Source of the DNA: an uncultured Desulfosarcina sp.
GTDB lineage: Bacteria; Desulfobacterota; Desulfobacteria; Desulfobacterales; Desulfosarcinaceae
Length of the DNA stretch: 64,000 nucleotides
Assembly: GCA_963674945.2 (NCBI GenBank)
Contig: CAXXWQ010000004.1
Span: forward strand, 1,984,001 to 2,048,000
Reading direction: 5' to 3'
Shown here piece by piece: positions 8,993 to 19,113 of the stretch; position 1 is the stretch's first letter, and each line of letters starts with the position of its first letter. Both the position numbers and the translations under genes were made by a program. A model generated the notes under the pieces. The model did no database searches. It saw only the letters and a list, made by a program, of their open reading frames with translations, and had not been told where the DNA came from.

Positions 8993-9847
8993 TTGACGAT
9001 GCTTAAGATTGCCCTTCCCAACAAGGGAACATTATCGGAAGAGGCCGTTCAACTGATTCGTGAGGCCGGCTATCACTGCCGCCGGTACAGCCGTGAACTC
9101 GTCGTCTTCGACGGTACCAATCAGGTTGAGTTCGTTTTCCTTCGCCCACGGGATATCGCCATCTACGTAAGCAACGGTATTTTGGATATGGGGGTAACGG
9201 GAAGGGATCTGGCCATGGACAGCGGCGCCGATGTGGTCGAACTATCGCCGCTGGGGTTCGGCAAATCCAATTTCTGTTATGCCATTTCCAAAGACGCCAA
9301 GCGCTTGCCCGACCATTTTGAAGGACTGCGCATCGCCACATCATATCCCCGGCTGGTCCATGACGATCTCGGGAAAAGGAATATCAACGCAAAGATTGTG
9401 CGCCTGGACGGGGCTGTCGAAATTTCCATTCGATTGGGTGTGGCTGACGCCATTGCCGATGTGGTTCAAACCGGCCGAACCCTTGAAGCGGCGGGACTCA
9501 AGGTCGTAGGTGACCCGCTGCTGCACAGCGAGGCTGTTCTCGTGGCACGCGACCATGAGATCGGACGACAGGCGAAGGTCCACACCTTTATGGAACGGAT
9601 ACAGGGTATCGTCGTAGCCCGGGAGTATGTCATGGTGGAATACGACATCCCGGAAAAAATGCTGGAAAAGGCCTGTGCCATCACACCTGGCATCGAATCG
9701 CCAACCATCTCCCCATTGAGCAGGAAAGGGTGGGTGGCGGTTAAGTCCATGTCTAAAAAATGCGACGTCAACCAAATCATGGATCGCCTATCTGATATCG
9801 GCGCCAAGGGAATCATCGTGACCGATATCCGTACATGCCGAATATAG
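8993..9847 (+). CDS. hisG: ATP phosphoribosyltransferase, long form (start TTG 8993 or ATG 8999)
   Basis: IALPNKG, LRPRDI, RIATSYP, ADAIADVVQTGRTL, C-terminal PGIESPTISPL regulatory domain. Confidence 0.95.
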   Translation: MTMLKIALPNKGTLSEEAVQLIREAGYHCRRYSRELVVFDGTNQVEFVFLRPRDIAIYVSNGILDMGVTGRDLAMDSGADVVELSPLGFGKSNFCYAISKDAKRLPDHFEGLRIATSYPRLVHDDLGKRNINAKIVRLDGAVEISIRLGVADAIADVVQTGRTLEAAGLKVVGDPLLHSEAVLVARDHEIGRQAKVHTFMERIQGIVVAREYVMVEYDIPEKMLEKACAITPGIESPTISPLSRKGWVAVKSMSKKCDVNQIMDRLSDIGAKGIIVTDIRTCRI

Positions 9848-10031
9848 CAATACCTCATTTCAGTCCGCCCCCAGCAAAGAATTGCCCTGTTCCTGTCGTT
9901 GAATCATCTGTTGAAATGGATCAATCTATCCTTATAATTACCACATTGTGATAGGTGCGCCATGCTGTCTGGAGAGGTTTCTCACTTGCCGACCCATCTT
10001 CGATGCACTGGAGGAAAGCACGGGAGGCGTT

Positions 10032-10448
10032 ATGGAAAGACGATGGAAAGGATATTTGGTGATCGTTATGGTGGTAATGACTGCTTCTTCGTTTTCTGTG
10101 GCCAATGTGGACCGCACCGATGATTGGTCCGTTTCGCCCGATCGGTTCAAGATGATGATCGATCGTCATCGGGGAGACGCGGACGTTGTGCTTTTGGACA
10201 TCCGCACCCCTGGTGAGTACGAAAGCGGTCACATCGATGGAGCGGTTTTGATGGATTATTACGCCCACGATTTCGCAGACCGGATAAAAGCCCTGGACTG
10301 GGACAAAACCTACCTGATTTACTGCCGTAGCGGGAACCGAAGTGGACGGAGTCTCACCATCTTTCGTCATTTGGGCTTTACCCGGACCTTTCACCTGGAT
10401 ACTGGCATTAAAGGATGGCTGCATCACGGATACAAAGTGGTCCGGTAG
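10032..10448 (+). CDS. Exported rhodanese-like domain protein
   Basis: N-terminal hydrophobic segment; LDIRTPGEYESGHIDGA, YCRSGNRS, GIKGW; GGAGG RBS. Confidence 0.85.
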   Translation: MERRWKGYLVIVMVVMTASSFSVANVDRTDDWSVSPDRFKMMIDRHRGDADVVLLDIRTPGEYESGHIDGAVLMDYYAHDFADRIKALDWDKTYLIYCRSGNRSGRSLTIFRHLGFTRTFHLDTGIKGWLHHGYKVVR

Positions 10449-10462
10449 TGCTAACCCAAAGA

Positions 10463-10506
10463 TGATGATCTCGTAAAAAGTTGCTGATCGGACGGATTCG
10501 TAAAAG
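10463..10506 (+). repeat. Degenerate relic (two end-arms) of the 125-bp repeat family
   Basis: TGATGATCTCGTAAAAAGT and GACGGATTCGTAAAA resemble the element end GACGGCTTCGyAAAAAGT. Confidence 0.55.
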
Positions 10507-10537
10507 ATAGCCAATGCCGGCCGATAGAGGAGACACC

Positions 10538-12721
10538 ATGAACCTTGAAAAAGCACTGGAAGAAATGACCCGACGCAGGGGTGACACCTATCGCCCGCGA
10601 ACCCGTCATTTGGACGATCAGGGAAAGCCTGTTTACACCAATCGCCTGTTTCTCGAATCCAGTCCTTACCTTCTTCAACATGCACACAATCCGGTAAATT
10701 GGTATCCCTGGGGAGACGAAGCCTTCTCGACCGCCGAACGCCTGGACCGTCCCGTGCTGCTGTCGGTGGGGTATGCCACCTGTCACTGGTGTCATGTCAT
10801 GGAGGAGGAATCCTTCGAGGATGAAGAAATCGCCCGATACATCAATGCGAACTATATCCCTGTAAAGGTCGATCGGGAGGAAAGGCCCGACGTGGACAGC
10901 GTTTACTTGAGTGCCGTCCAGGCAATTACCGGTCACGGTGGATGGCCCATGACCGTGTGGCTCACCCCCGAGGGAGATCCGTTTTACGGGGGAACCTACT
11001 TTCCGGCGAGGGATGGTGATCGGGGAACCCCCATGGGCTTTTTTACGATTTTGCAGAAAATTCGAGGAAGCTACGACCATCGCAAGGAATCGGTGTCCCG
11101 GTCCGCCGCACAACTGAAACAGGCGGTCCGTCAAATGCTCACACCGGTATCTGCAACGCGTCTTCCTGGGAAAGACGCCATCGACCGTGCCATTGCATCC
11201 TGTAAGCAGCGTTTCGACAGGGTGAACGGAGGAATCACCGGTGCCCCGAAATTCCCCAGTTCCCTGCCGATTCGCCTGCTTTTGCGGCAATCTTTTCGAA
11301 CGGGGGACGCCGAGAGCCGCGAGATGGCTGCGTTGACGTTGGAAAAAATGGCCGGTGGCGGCATATTCGATCAAGTGGGTGGCGGTTTTCACCGATATGC
11401 AACGGATGACCGGTGGCTGGTTCCCCACTTCGAAAAGATGCTCTACGACAACGCACTCTTGGTGCCCGCCTACATCGACGGGTGGAAGGCTTCAGGAAAC
11501 GAAAATTACCGACGCGTGGCAGAAAAAACCCTGGACTATGTGGCCCGCGAGATGACCGCACCGGGCGGTGCCTTTTTCTCTGCCACCGATGCGGATAGTC
11601 TGACGCCATCCGGTCATCGGAAAGAAGGATGGTTTTTCACCTGGACGATGGCAGAACTCCAAAGCGCTCTGGGTGAAGAAGATGCCCATATCGCCGCCAC
11701 TGTCTACGGGGCGAGCGCCGAAGGAAATTTCGAGGCAAGAAATGTCCTGTTCCTGCCCAAACCAACGGAGGAACTGGCCGATGATCTGGGCAGGAAACCG
11801 GATCGTTTGGTGTCGGACATGGATCGTATCAACCGGGTGCTGTATGCCACCCGCAAAAAGCGTCCCCATCCCCTTGTCGACGACAAGATCCTCGTTGCCT
11901 GGAACGGTTTGATGATCTCCGCCTTTGCCCAGGCCGGTTTTGCCATGAAACGCCCCCAACACCTCGAAAAAGCCGCTCAAGCGGCCGGCTTTATCCTGGA
12001 AAAGATGGCAGACGGTGGCAGGCTCAAACGGAGTTTCAAAGACGGCATTGCCGCCGGCAACGGTTTTCTCGACGATTATGCCTATCTCATCGCCGCTCTG
12101 TTGGACCTTTTTGAAACCACCGCAGCGCCCCACTGGTTGGATCATGCCGTCGAACTGAATGAAAAGTTGACCGATCGTTTTGCCGACCATGAAAATGGGG
12201 GCTATTTCATGACCGCTATGGACCACGAGCGATTGATCGCACGGGAAAAACCCATTGTCGACGGCGCGTTGCCATCGGCGAATGCGGTTGCCTTGCGGAA
12301 CCTGTTGCGCCTGAGTCTCTTGACTGCGGATACCGCCTATTTGGACCAGGCCCAAAAGGGACTGGCAGCCGTCTCTGTCGCCGTTGAGACCAGTCCGCTG
12401 GCATTCGGGGAGATGATTCTGGCCATCGACGATTTCTTTCATCCGGCAAGCCAGGTGATCGTCGTGAAGCCACTTGATGCGGGCGACGATTTACTCACCG
12501 ATCTAGTACGAACGGCCCATTGGCCCGGCGGCCTTGTGATGATCGTGACTGAAAAAGAAGCCTTGCACCTTGCCGAACGGCTCCCCTTGTTTCGGGGGAA
12601 AACGATCACACAGGGCAAAACGACTGCCTATGTGTGCCGAAACGGGTCGTGTCAACTGCCGGTGACGGATGCCGAAGCACTGATGGAAACAGTGGCCGTC
12701 TCACCGAAAAGAGGTGTTTGA
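10538..12721 (+). CDS. Thioredoxin-domain protein of the YyaL/SPATA20 (DUF255) family
   Basis: [45 protein letters not shown]. Confidence 0.92.
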   Translation: MNLEKALEEMTRRRGDTYRPRTRHLDDQGKPVYTNRLFLESSPYLLQHAHNPVNWYPWGDEAFSTAERLDRPVLLSVGYATCHWCHVMEEESFEDEEIARYINANYIPVKVDREERPDVDSVYLSAVQAITGHGGWPMTVWLTPEGDPFYGGTYFPARDGDRGTPMGFFTILQKIRGSYDHRKESVSRSAAQLKQAVRQMLTPVSATRLPGKDAIDRAIASCKQRFDRVNGGITGAPKFPSSLPIRLLLRQSFRTGDAESREMAALTLEKMAGGGIFDQVGGGFHRYATDDRWLVPHFEKMLYDNALLVPAYIDGWKASGNENYRRVAEKTLDYVAREMTAPGGAFFSATDADSLTPSGHRKEGWFFTWTMAELQSALGEEDAHIAATVYGASAEGNFEARNVLFLPKPTEELADDLGRKPDRLVSDMDRINRVLYATRKKRPHPLVDDKILVAWNGLMISAFAQAGFAMKRPQHLEKAAQAAGFILEKMADGGRLKRSFKDGIAAGNGFLDDYAYLIAALLDLFETTAAPHWLDHAVELNEKLTDRFADHENGGYFMTAMDHERLIAREKPIVDGALPSANAVALRNLLRLSLLTADTAYLDQAQKGLAAVSVAVETSPLAFGEMILAIDDFFHPASQVIVVKPLDAGDDLLTDLVRTAHWPGGLVMIVTEKEALHLAERLPLFRGKTITQGKTTAYVCRNGSCQLPVTDAEALMETVAVSPKRGV

Positions 12722-13789
12722 GTCAAAGATCATTTCCAATGCATCCATGAATTTGTGGTTAACCTTGTGAAGGGGGAGTCGACGTACGCCACGCAGTGTC
12801 GTCCAGCGATGCCCCTTGATATTTTTCAGTCGGACACGCCCCTTGGCATACCGACAAAGGTAGACATCGCAGGTCAAGGTAAAGTGGGTGTAAGCGTGGC
12901 GGATTCGTTTCAACACCCTCTCCACGGTGGTGGTCAGGCCGGTCTCTGAGGCCACAATCTTCTGAAAATCCTTCATGTCGGTTCGGCCGTCGATGGCATC
13001 GAAGGCCGGAAATTCCCACAATCCTGCCAGAAGCCCATTGTCCGGCCGCTGAACCACTAACATCTTTCCATTTTTTTCGATCACCGCGATACTTTGGTGA
13101 CGATGGGGAACCTTCCCCTTTGCCTTGCGCTTGGGATAATCGGTCGTCGTCTGATGACGATACGAAAGGCACAGGTCGGACAGGGGGCATATTTCGCATT
13201 CCGGCCGCTTGGGATGACAGACGAGCGCCCCCAGTTCCATGACGGCCTGGTTGAATGCCGCCGGGTGATCGGGGCAGAGCAGGTCCTGGGCCGGTACCTG
13301 GAACAATTTGTGCGCGTTTGCCGCATTAACGGGCACCCCCATTTCCAACAGCCGGGACAAAACCCGCTTGACGTTACCGTCCACCACGGCAATCGCATGA
13401 CCGAAGGCGATGCTCATGACGGCGGCGGAGATATAGTCTCCGACGCCGGGAAGGGATCGAAAATCCTCCGGATCACGGGGAACTTCCCCGTGAAAACGGG
13501 AGACCACCTGGCAGGCTGCGCGGTGAAGATTGCGGGCACGAGAATAATACCCCAATCCTTCCCATCCCTTGAGCACCATTTGAAGGTCGGCATCGGCAAG
13601 GTGTCGAGGCGTCGGAAATCGTTTCATGAAGCGCAGGTAATAGGGAACGGCGGCAGCCACCCGGGTCTGCTGTAACATCACCTCCGAGACCCAGATGGCC
13701 CAGGGATCGGTGGTATCCCGCCACGGCAAGGAACGCCGGCACTTTTCGTACCAGGCCAATAGTCTCTTGCGCAAAACGCGTTGCTCCAT
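12701..13789 (-). CDS. mutY: A/G-specific adenine glycosylase
   Basis: [26 protein letters not shown] HhH, VDGNV, C-x6-C-x2-C-x5-C Fe-S motif, NUDIX-like C-terminus. Confidence 0.95.
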   Translation of the reverse strand: MEQRVLRKRLLAWYEKCRRSLPWRDTTDPWAIWVSEVMLQQTRVAAAVPYYLRFMKRFPTPRHLADADLQMVLKGWEGLGYYSRARNLHRAACQVVSRFHGEVPRDPEDFRSLPGVGDYISAAVMSIAFGHAIAVVDGNVKRVLSRLLEMGVPVNAANAHKLFQVPAQDLLCPDHPAAFNQAVMELGALVCHPKRPECEICPLSDLCLSYRHQTTTDYPKRKAKGKVPHRHQSIAVIEKNGKMLVVQRPDNGLLAGLWEFPAFDAIDGRTDMKDFQKIVASETGLTTTVERVLKRIRHAYTHFTLTCDVYLCRYAKGRVRLKNIKGHRWTTLRGVRRLPLHKVNHKFMDALEMIFDSNTSFR

Positions 13790-13986
13790 TTCCGGTCGCT
13801 CTCCTTGGTAGCGGCTTCGCACCGGACATGTATCACAATCCGATCCGGACTGCCAGTTGGTGGATAAAGTAATCGATTCAAAAACCGATAATGGTGTTGT
13901 TCCCGCGACAATGCGCTTTCGATCACCGGCTCGTAGGACATGGTAGAAATTGTTTTATGTAATGCCCATGAAAGGAAATCCAGGCC

Positions 13987-15642
13987 ATGCCAGAAAATAT
14001 CGTCAATGACTTCTTGGAAGAACTACGATCATACCTGCAGCAAGAAAATGCAATAAAGGCCAAATTGGTGCTATCCAAGATCGATTCCGTTGACGATCGA
14101 ACCAGAAAGACAGCCCTGTTCGAACTCAACCGGGCCGAAGACACGTTCGCCATTGCGCTGATTGTCGACCTGATTGCCAAAAACCGTTCCCTTGCCCAAT
14201 CCTATCCCCAAATCAAGGAGATCCTGTACGCCAAAGCATTGTATCATCCGGAGCTTTTGCTCTCCATGATTATCCGTGAAGTCAAACGGGAAAACCGCGT
14301 GATCCTGATCGAGGTGGCCGGTGAAATTCGCCTGGAGGGGGCTGCCGAGGCACTCATTGGGATCCTCAACGAAGACCAGGATGAGACGGTCATCAGGGCC
14401 ATTATCTCCGCTTTAGGCCTTATCGGCGATACATCCGCCACCATTCCCATTTCGGAATACCTCTACTCCAACCATCTGGAGCTGACCATCGCCGCCATAT
14501 ACGCCTTGGGCCAGCTGGCAAACCCCACGGCATTTCAGCGGCTGTCGGAAAAGCTGGGAAGTGATCCCGATCTGGACATCATGATATTGGATGTATTTGC
14601 CACGGACCAAAGCCCCGAAGCCATAGAAAGACTCAACGAAGGACTCTCTTCCCACCATGCCCATTTGCGAAACGCGGCAAAACAACATCTGCGGAAGATG
14701 GACGGCAAGTCCGTACCCATTTTGATCGGTAATCTCCACCACGATGATCCGGACCTACTGATTCACACGATCAATATCCTGGGAGAAATCGGCGACGAAA
14801 GCGCCATTTTACCCATTCGCAAACTGCTTCACAATGAACCCAAAGATGCCAACGTCCGCTTCGCAGCATATGAGGCGCTGGGATTATTGCCTGTGGGGAA
14901 AAGCGCCTTTGTTCTGGCCCAGGGACTATCGGATCCCGTGGAGAATGTCCGCTCGGCGGCTGCCGGTGCAATCGACCGAAACTATAACGCAATGCTGGCC
15001 GCAGGTTTGAAAAACTTGGTTCGGTCCGGAGAAAAGGAAACCCTGCAAGTCGTCGAAGCGGTTCTCAATTCCGGGTGTGAACGGATATATTTGGATCTTA
15101 TCGGGGAAGCGACCTTCGAACGTTGTGCCCTGACCTATCTATCCAGGAATGCGCACCCGGATGTCCGCTCCCGTTTTATCCAGCTGATGAAACAAAACGG
15201 CCACGAATCCCTGGCAAATCGCGTCCTCGAAGGAATCAACGGTGGTGCGGCACCGAGATCGACCGTATATGTCGTCGACGACTCGAAAATGATTTTAAAC
15301 ATCTACAGGGGTATACTCCACCGTCTTGCGTGCGATTCCAAGATGTTCGAATTTCCCGCCGAGGCCATCGATGCTATTAAATCCGATCCACCGGATCTTA
15401 TTTTTACCGATCTGAACATGCCAAACATCAACGGCATCCAATTGATCCGGGAAGTTCGTCGCCATTTCGACAAGGATCGTCTTCCCATCGTCATGGTCAC
15501 CACGCAAAATGAAATGCAGGACAACGAGGCTGCCATGGCGGCAGGGGTCAATGCCATCTTACACAAGCCTTTCGACATCCAAACCCTTCAGCAAGCCATG
15601 GCAGAATTGGGAAAACTGCCGGCATCCCAATCCGCGGAGTAG
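13987..15642 (+). CDS. HEAT-repeat protein with C-terminal response-regulator receiver domain
   Basis: Repeated ALGxIG/VRxAA HEAT units; VVDDS...FTDLNMP...VTT...HKPF receiver. Confidence 0.88.
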   Translation: MPENIVNDFLEELRSYLQQENAIKAKLVLSKIDSVDDRTRKTALFELNRAEDTFAIALIVDLIAKNRSLAQSYPQIKEILYAKALYHPELLLSMIIREVKRENRVILIEVAGEIRLEGAAEALIGILNEDQDETVIRAIISALGLIGDTSATIPISEYLYSNHLELTIAAIYALGQLANPTAFQRLSEKLGSDPDLDIMILDVFATDQSPEAIERLNEGLSSHHAHLRNAAKQHLRKMDGKSVPILIGNLHHDDPDLLIHTINILGEIGDESAILPIRKLLHNEPKDANVRFAAYEALGLLPVGKSAFVLAQGLSDPVENVRSAAAGAIDRNYNAMLAAGLKNLVRSGEKETLQVVEAVLNSGCERIYLDLIGEATFERCALTYLSRNAHPDVRSRFIQLMKQNGHESLANRVLEGINGGAAPRSTVYVVDDSKMILNIYRGILHRLACDSKMFEFPAEAIDAIKSDPPDLIFTDLNMPNINGIQLIREVRRHFDKDRLPIVMVTTQNEMQDNEAAMAAGVNAILHKPFDIQTLQQAMAELGKLPASQSAE

Positions 15643-15859
15643 TCGACGGCCACCCGCAAAGCGAACGGTTTGATGAAGCCCCCTTTTGAAGCAGGCTTGA
15701 AACCGGATTCATGAACTGCAATGATCACCAATGCGCCAATCCTGAACCCAACCGACGGAACCGGTGCCATGGCAAACCGGCCCCCAAATGTTTCGTTTGA
15801 CGGAAAACTTCAAAAAGCCTTCTAATCCCACCCTGCCAACTGTTATTTTTCGTTGTTTC

Positions 15860-15886
15860 TCGTTTGTTAAAAGACATATTTTATTG
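15860..15886 (+). promoter_or_regulatory. Candidate regulator-binding motif shared with the tup regulator promoter
   Basis: TCGTTTGTTAAAAGACATATTTTATTG matches the reverse complement of 49135-49161 at 20 of 27 positions; TTGACT follows at 15902. Confidence 0.35.
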
Positions 15887-15992
15887 AGTCTTCGATTTGA
15901 TTTGACTGTGAATTATGAAAAATACAAATAGTAACATCTACTTTGTCTTTGAACCGAAACCTTCCTCACATCGCAAATACAAAGATCCTGAA

Positions 15993-17312
15993 ATGTCAAA
16001 AACGATTTTGCCATCCGTGAAAATCCCCGCCCTTATCAAACTCATCCTGTTGGTGACCGCCGTCATCCCTCCCCTCCCGCAGGCCCATGCCGAAAAGATT
16101 TTCTTCGCCGGGTACAAGGGGGGCTTCTATATCCGTTCCGAAGAGGAAGGGGGGATGGAGCTTCGGCTTGGCGGTGCCTTTCAAACCGACTACCGGTACT
16201 ATACGGAAAGCGAAAGGGCCGACGACCGTTTCGATGTTCGAAGGGCGAGACTTCGTTTCCAAGGTCAATTGACCCGATATTTTCGTTTTAAAATGGAGTA
16301 CGAGTTCGAGGGAAACGAAACCGACAACCTGGTCGATGCCTACGTGGATGCCCTTTTCGGTGCCAATGCACTTCGTTTCGGACAAACCAAGGCTCCCTTC
16401 AGCCTCGAATGGCAATCGGTGGACAAGGCACAGTTTTTTGCCGAACGGTCCATGGGATACGATCTCGGCCCCAAACGGGACATCGGCCTCATGTTCCACG
16501 GCACAGCCTTTCAAGATGCCCTGGTTTACGCCGCAGGACTCTTTAACGGCGACGGCGACGACGGCGACACATCCGGCCCCGAAAAGGACACGCCCGAAAT
16601 TGCGGCGCGAATCAACGTGTTGCCCTTCAAACGATCCCTGAATCCCTGGCTCAATGGCCTGCAGTTGGGCGGTGCCGCAACATATGCCGAAATCGATCCC
16701 ATCAATGTCGATTTGCGGGTGAAAAGTACCGGCATGGTCGGTACGAACCGAAACCTCTATCTCTTCAGCCACAACACCAAATTCGGCGTGATCCAGGACG
16801 TGGAAAAACGGTGGCGAATCGGTCTGGAAGGTGCATGGGCCGTGGGACCGGTGCTGTTCCAGGGAGAATTCATAACGCTGACCTATTCCGGCCTCGCGGC
16901 AGCCGGTGACAACCCGGACGATGCCGAGTTTTCGTCCTGGTATGCCAGTGCCATGTGGTGCGTTACCGGAGAGCGGCCCATTTTGTCCAAGGGTGTTGTG
17001 AAGCCCATCTATCCCCGGCGTTTTTTCAACCCCGGCGAGGGCACCTGGGGCGCACTGTGCATAGCGGCCCGGATCGATCATTTCGACGGAGACGAAAACT
17101 GGATCAATCCGGCGGCCCACGTCTCAGTGGATCGGGCCGATGCCATTAGCGTGGCCATCAACTGGGTACTGTATCCCATGGCCAGGGTGGTTCTGGATTA
17201 CTCCCACACCGACCTTTCCGATCCAATTCGGGTTCGTGTGCTGCCCGATGGCACAACCAATTATATCGACACGGAAAATGTTGCAACTTTACGATTCAGC
17301 ATTGACTTTTAA
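15993..17312 (+). CDS. OprO/OprP-family anion-selective outer-membrane porin
   Basis: Signal peptide (..QAHA); FDVRRARLRFQG, LRFGQTKAPFSLE, FAERS, RDIG, AGLFNG, INWVL; C-terminal F; upstream in-frame ATG at 15915. Confidence 0.85.
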   Translation: MSKTILPSVKIPALIKLILLVTAVIPPLPQAHAEKIFFAGYKGGFYIRSEEEGGMELRLGGAFQTDYRYYTESERADDRFDVRRARLRFQGQLTRYFRFKMEYEFEGNETDNLVDAYVDALFGANALRFGQTKAPFSLEWQSVDKAQFFAERSMGYDLGPKRDIGLMFHGTAFQDALVYAAGLFNGDGDDGDTSGPEKDTPEIAARINVLPFKRSLNPWLNGLQLGGAATYAEIDPINVDLRVKSTGMVGTNRNLYLFSHNTKFGVIQDVEKRWRIGLEGAWAVGPVLFQGEFITLTYSGLAAAGDNPDDAEFSSWYASAMWCVTGERPILSKGVVKPIYPRRFFNPGEGTWGALCIAARIDHFDGDENWINPAAHVSVDRADAISVAINWVLYPMARVVLDYSHTDLSDPIRVRVLPDGTTNYIDTENVATLRFSIDF

Positions 17313-17322
17313 GGAGGTGAAG

Positions 17323-19056
17323 ATGAACAGATTCAAATGGATTGCCTTGTTTTCGACCCTCGCTCTTTTACTGGCGGCACCGGTGTATGCCGCCTATCAC
17401 CACGAAGGCGAAAAGGATGCCGACAAATTTCTATCGGCATATCCGGACAAGGCCGGAACAAAAATAGACAATTGCAACCTTTGCCACAGCGGTGGGTCCT
17501 ACGTAAACAGCAAAGGAAAAACCGTGGAACTGGGAAGTTGCCAGTGGTGCCATCAAACCTACGGTTACGACGGTGCCGGAGAGATCGAAGAGACCATCAA
17601 CACCTATGGGGCCGCCTACAAAACCGCCGGCCGCAATGCGACGGCGGTGACGCAAATCGACGATGCAGACAGCGATGGCGACGGGTACAGCAACGCCGCG
17701 GAGATTGCCGCCAATGCGTTTCCAGGCAACGCCAACGACTATCCGGGGCTTGAAATCGCCCCCTACCGCGTCTACACGCGGGACCAGCTGGAAGCCTTGG
17801 GCAGCCACACCCAGTTCCTGCTCATGAACACCTCCAGATCCGGGGACTTCTACGCAGAATACACCGGAATTCCCATGAAGGATCTGCTGGATGACGCCGG
17901 AATCTTGAATAGCGCCACGGGGGTATGGGTATACGCACCGGACGGGTGGGGGCAAAACCACCCCCTGGTATACGACGCGGATCTGGACATGTACCATGTT
18001 TATGGAAACACACCGGGCCAGTCCTACCAATACCCGCCGGCAACCTACTACTATCACGAAGACGCGGATGTGGATCAGAACCCGGACTATGGCTGGTGCG
18101 ATTATAGCGCCCCTTCCTGCGCCGGCCGCTCCCATGGTGACGCAATTTCCGTATCCGGCGGTCTCAAGGCCATTTTGGCTTACAAACGCGAGGGGGCGTA
18201 TCTGGATGCCGGCGTTCTCGACGCAGACAACAAGTTGGACGGCGAGGGACCATTTCGCGTGGTGGTGCCCCAAAAATATGTGGGACCGCCGGATCAATCC
18301 AGCAATTCCGACGTCCAGGATGTGGAATGGCCCTACGACTATGATCTCGACCACAACGCAGGATCATGCTCCCGTTCGGCGACCATCATCAAGATCGAAC
18401 CCCTTCCCGAAGACACCACCGACATCGACATTCTCGAGGCCGGCTGGGGATATGTGGACCAGAACAAGATCATCGTATACGGCGCTATCGACGGTACCGA
18501 TTCCAACGGCAACGGCGTGTTGGACAGTGAGGAAGGCACCGACGACACCGACGACATGGACGGCGACGGCACCCCTGATTACAAAGATCCGGACACGGCG
18601 GCGGTGCGGCACGCCAAAGGCAAGGAGAGAATACGGCTTCACACCCAAAGTGGCAGCTTTTCCCAGGTAGCCTGTCTGAACGAGGAGGATCCGTCGTTGC
18701 CGGAGTTCACCGAAGAGGGCCTGTTTCCCTATGGGGTGAATCAGTTTATGATTACGGGCCTTACGGCCGGCGATGCGGTGACCGTGACGATTCAATTTCC
18801 GGAAAACGTTCCGACAACTGCGAAGTACTACAAGGTCAACTCTTCCGGTGAATGGGGACAGATCGAATTCGATGACAATGACGGTGATGACACCATCACC
18901 ATTACGTTGACCGATGGCGATCCCGACACGGACGGCGACGGCACCGCAAATGGCGTCATCGAAGACCCCGGTGCCTTGATCACCTCTACCACCACGGTCG
19001 ATGCGGCCACGGATGATGATGACGACAGTTGTTTTATCATGACACTGTTCGAATAA
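17323..19056 (+). CDS. Secreted diheme c-type cytochrome with GEGP-motif (sulfite-oxidase-like) domain, acidic Ca-binding repeats and C-terminal Cys-Phe-Ile tail
   Basis: AAGGAGG RBS; Sec signal; CNLCH and CQWCH; YTGIPMKDLL..AG...APDGW...ILAYKREG...GEGPFRVVVP; DxDGDG repeats; ends DDDDDSCFIMTLFE. Confidence 0.8.
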   Translation: MNRFKWIALFSTLALLLAAPVYAAYHHEGEKDADKFLSAYPDKAGTKIDNCNLCHSGGSYVNSKGKTVELGSCQWCHQTYGYDGAGEIEETINTYGAAYKTAGRNATAVTQIDDADSDGDGYSNAAEIAANAFPGNANDYPGLEIAPYRVYTRDQLEALGSHTQFLLMNTSRSGDFYAEYTGIPMKDLLDDAGILNSATGVWVYAPDGWGQNHPLVYDADLDMYHVYGNTPGQSYQYPPATYYYHEDADVDQNPDYGWCDYSAPSCAGRSHGDAISVSGGLKAILAYKREGAYLDAGVLDADNKLDGEGPFRVVVPQKYVGPPDQSSNSDVQDVEWPYDYDLDHNAGSCSRSATIIKIEPLPEDTTDIDILEAGWGYVDQNKIIVYGAIDGTDSNGNGVLDSEEGTDDTDDMDGDGTPDYKDPDTAAVRHAKGKERIRLHTQSGSFSQVACLNEEDPSLPEFTEEGLFPYGVNQFMITGLTAGDAVTVTIQFPENVPTTAKYYKVNSSGEWGQIEFDDNDGDDTITITLTDGDPDTDGDGTANGVIEDPGALITSTTTVDAATDDDDDSCFIMTLFE

Positions 19057-19069
19057 CGCGAAAAAATAC

Positions 19070-19108
19070 AAAAAGATCCGGCCCGTTCTCGCGGGCCGGG
19101 TCTTTTTT
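19070..19108. terminator. Bidirectional rho-independent terminator
   Basis: AAAAAGATCCGGCCCG-loop-CGGGCCGGGTCTTTTTT between convergent genes. Confidence 0.85.
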
Positions 19109-19113
19109 ATTGA

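Noticed and set aside
10780..10796. CHWCH as a heme c attachment site
   Set aside because: It is the conserved thioredoxin-like CxxC of the YyaL/SPATA20 family, in a protein with no signal peptide
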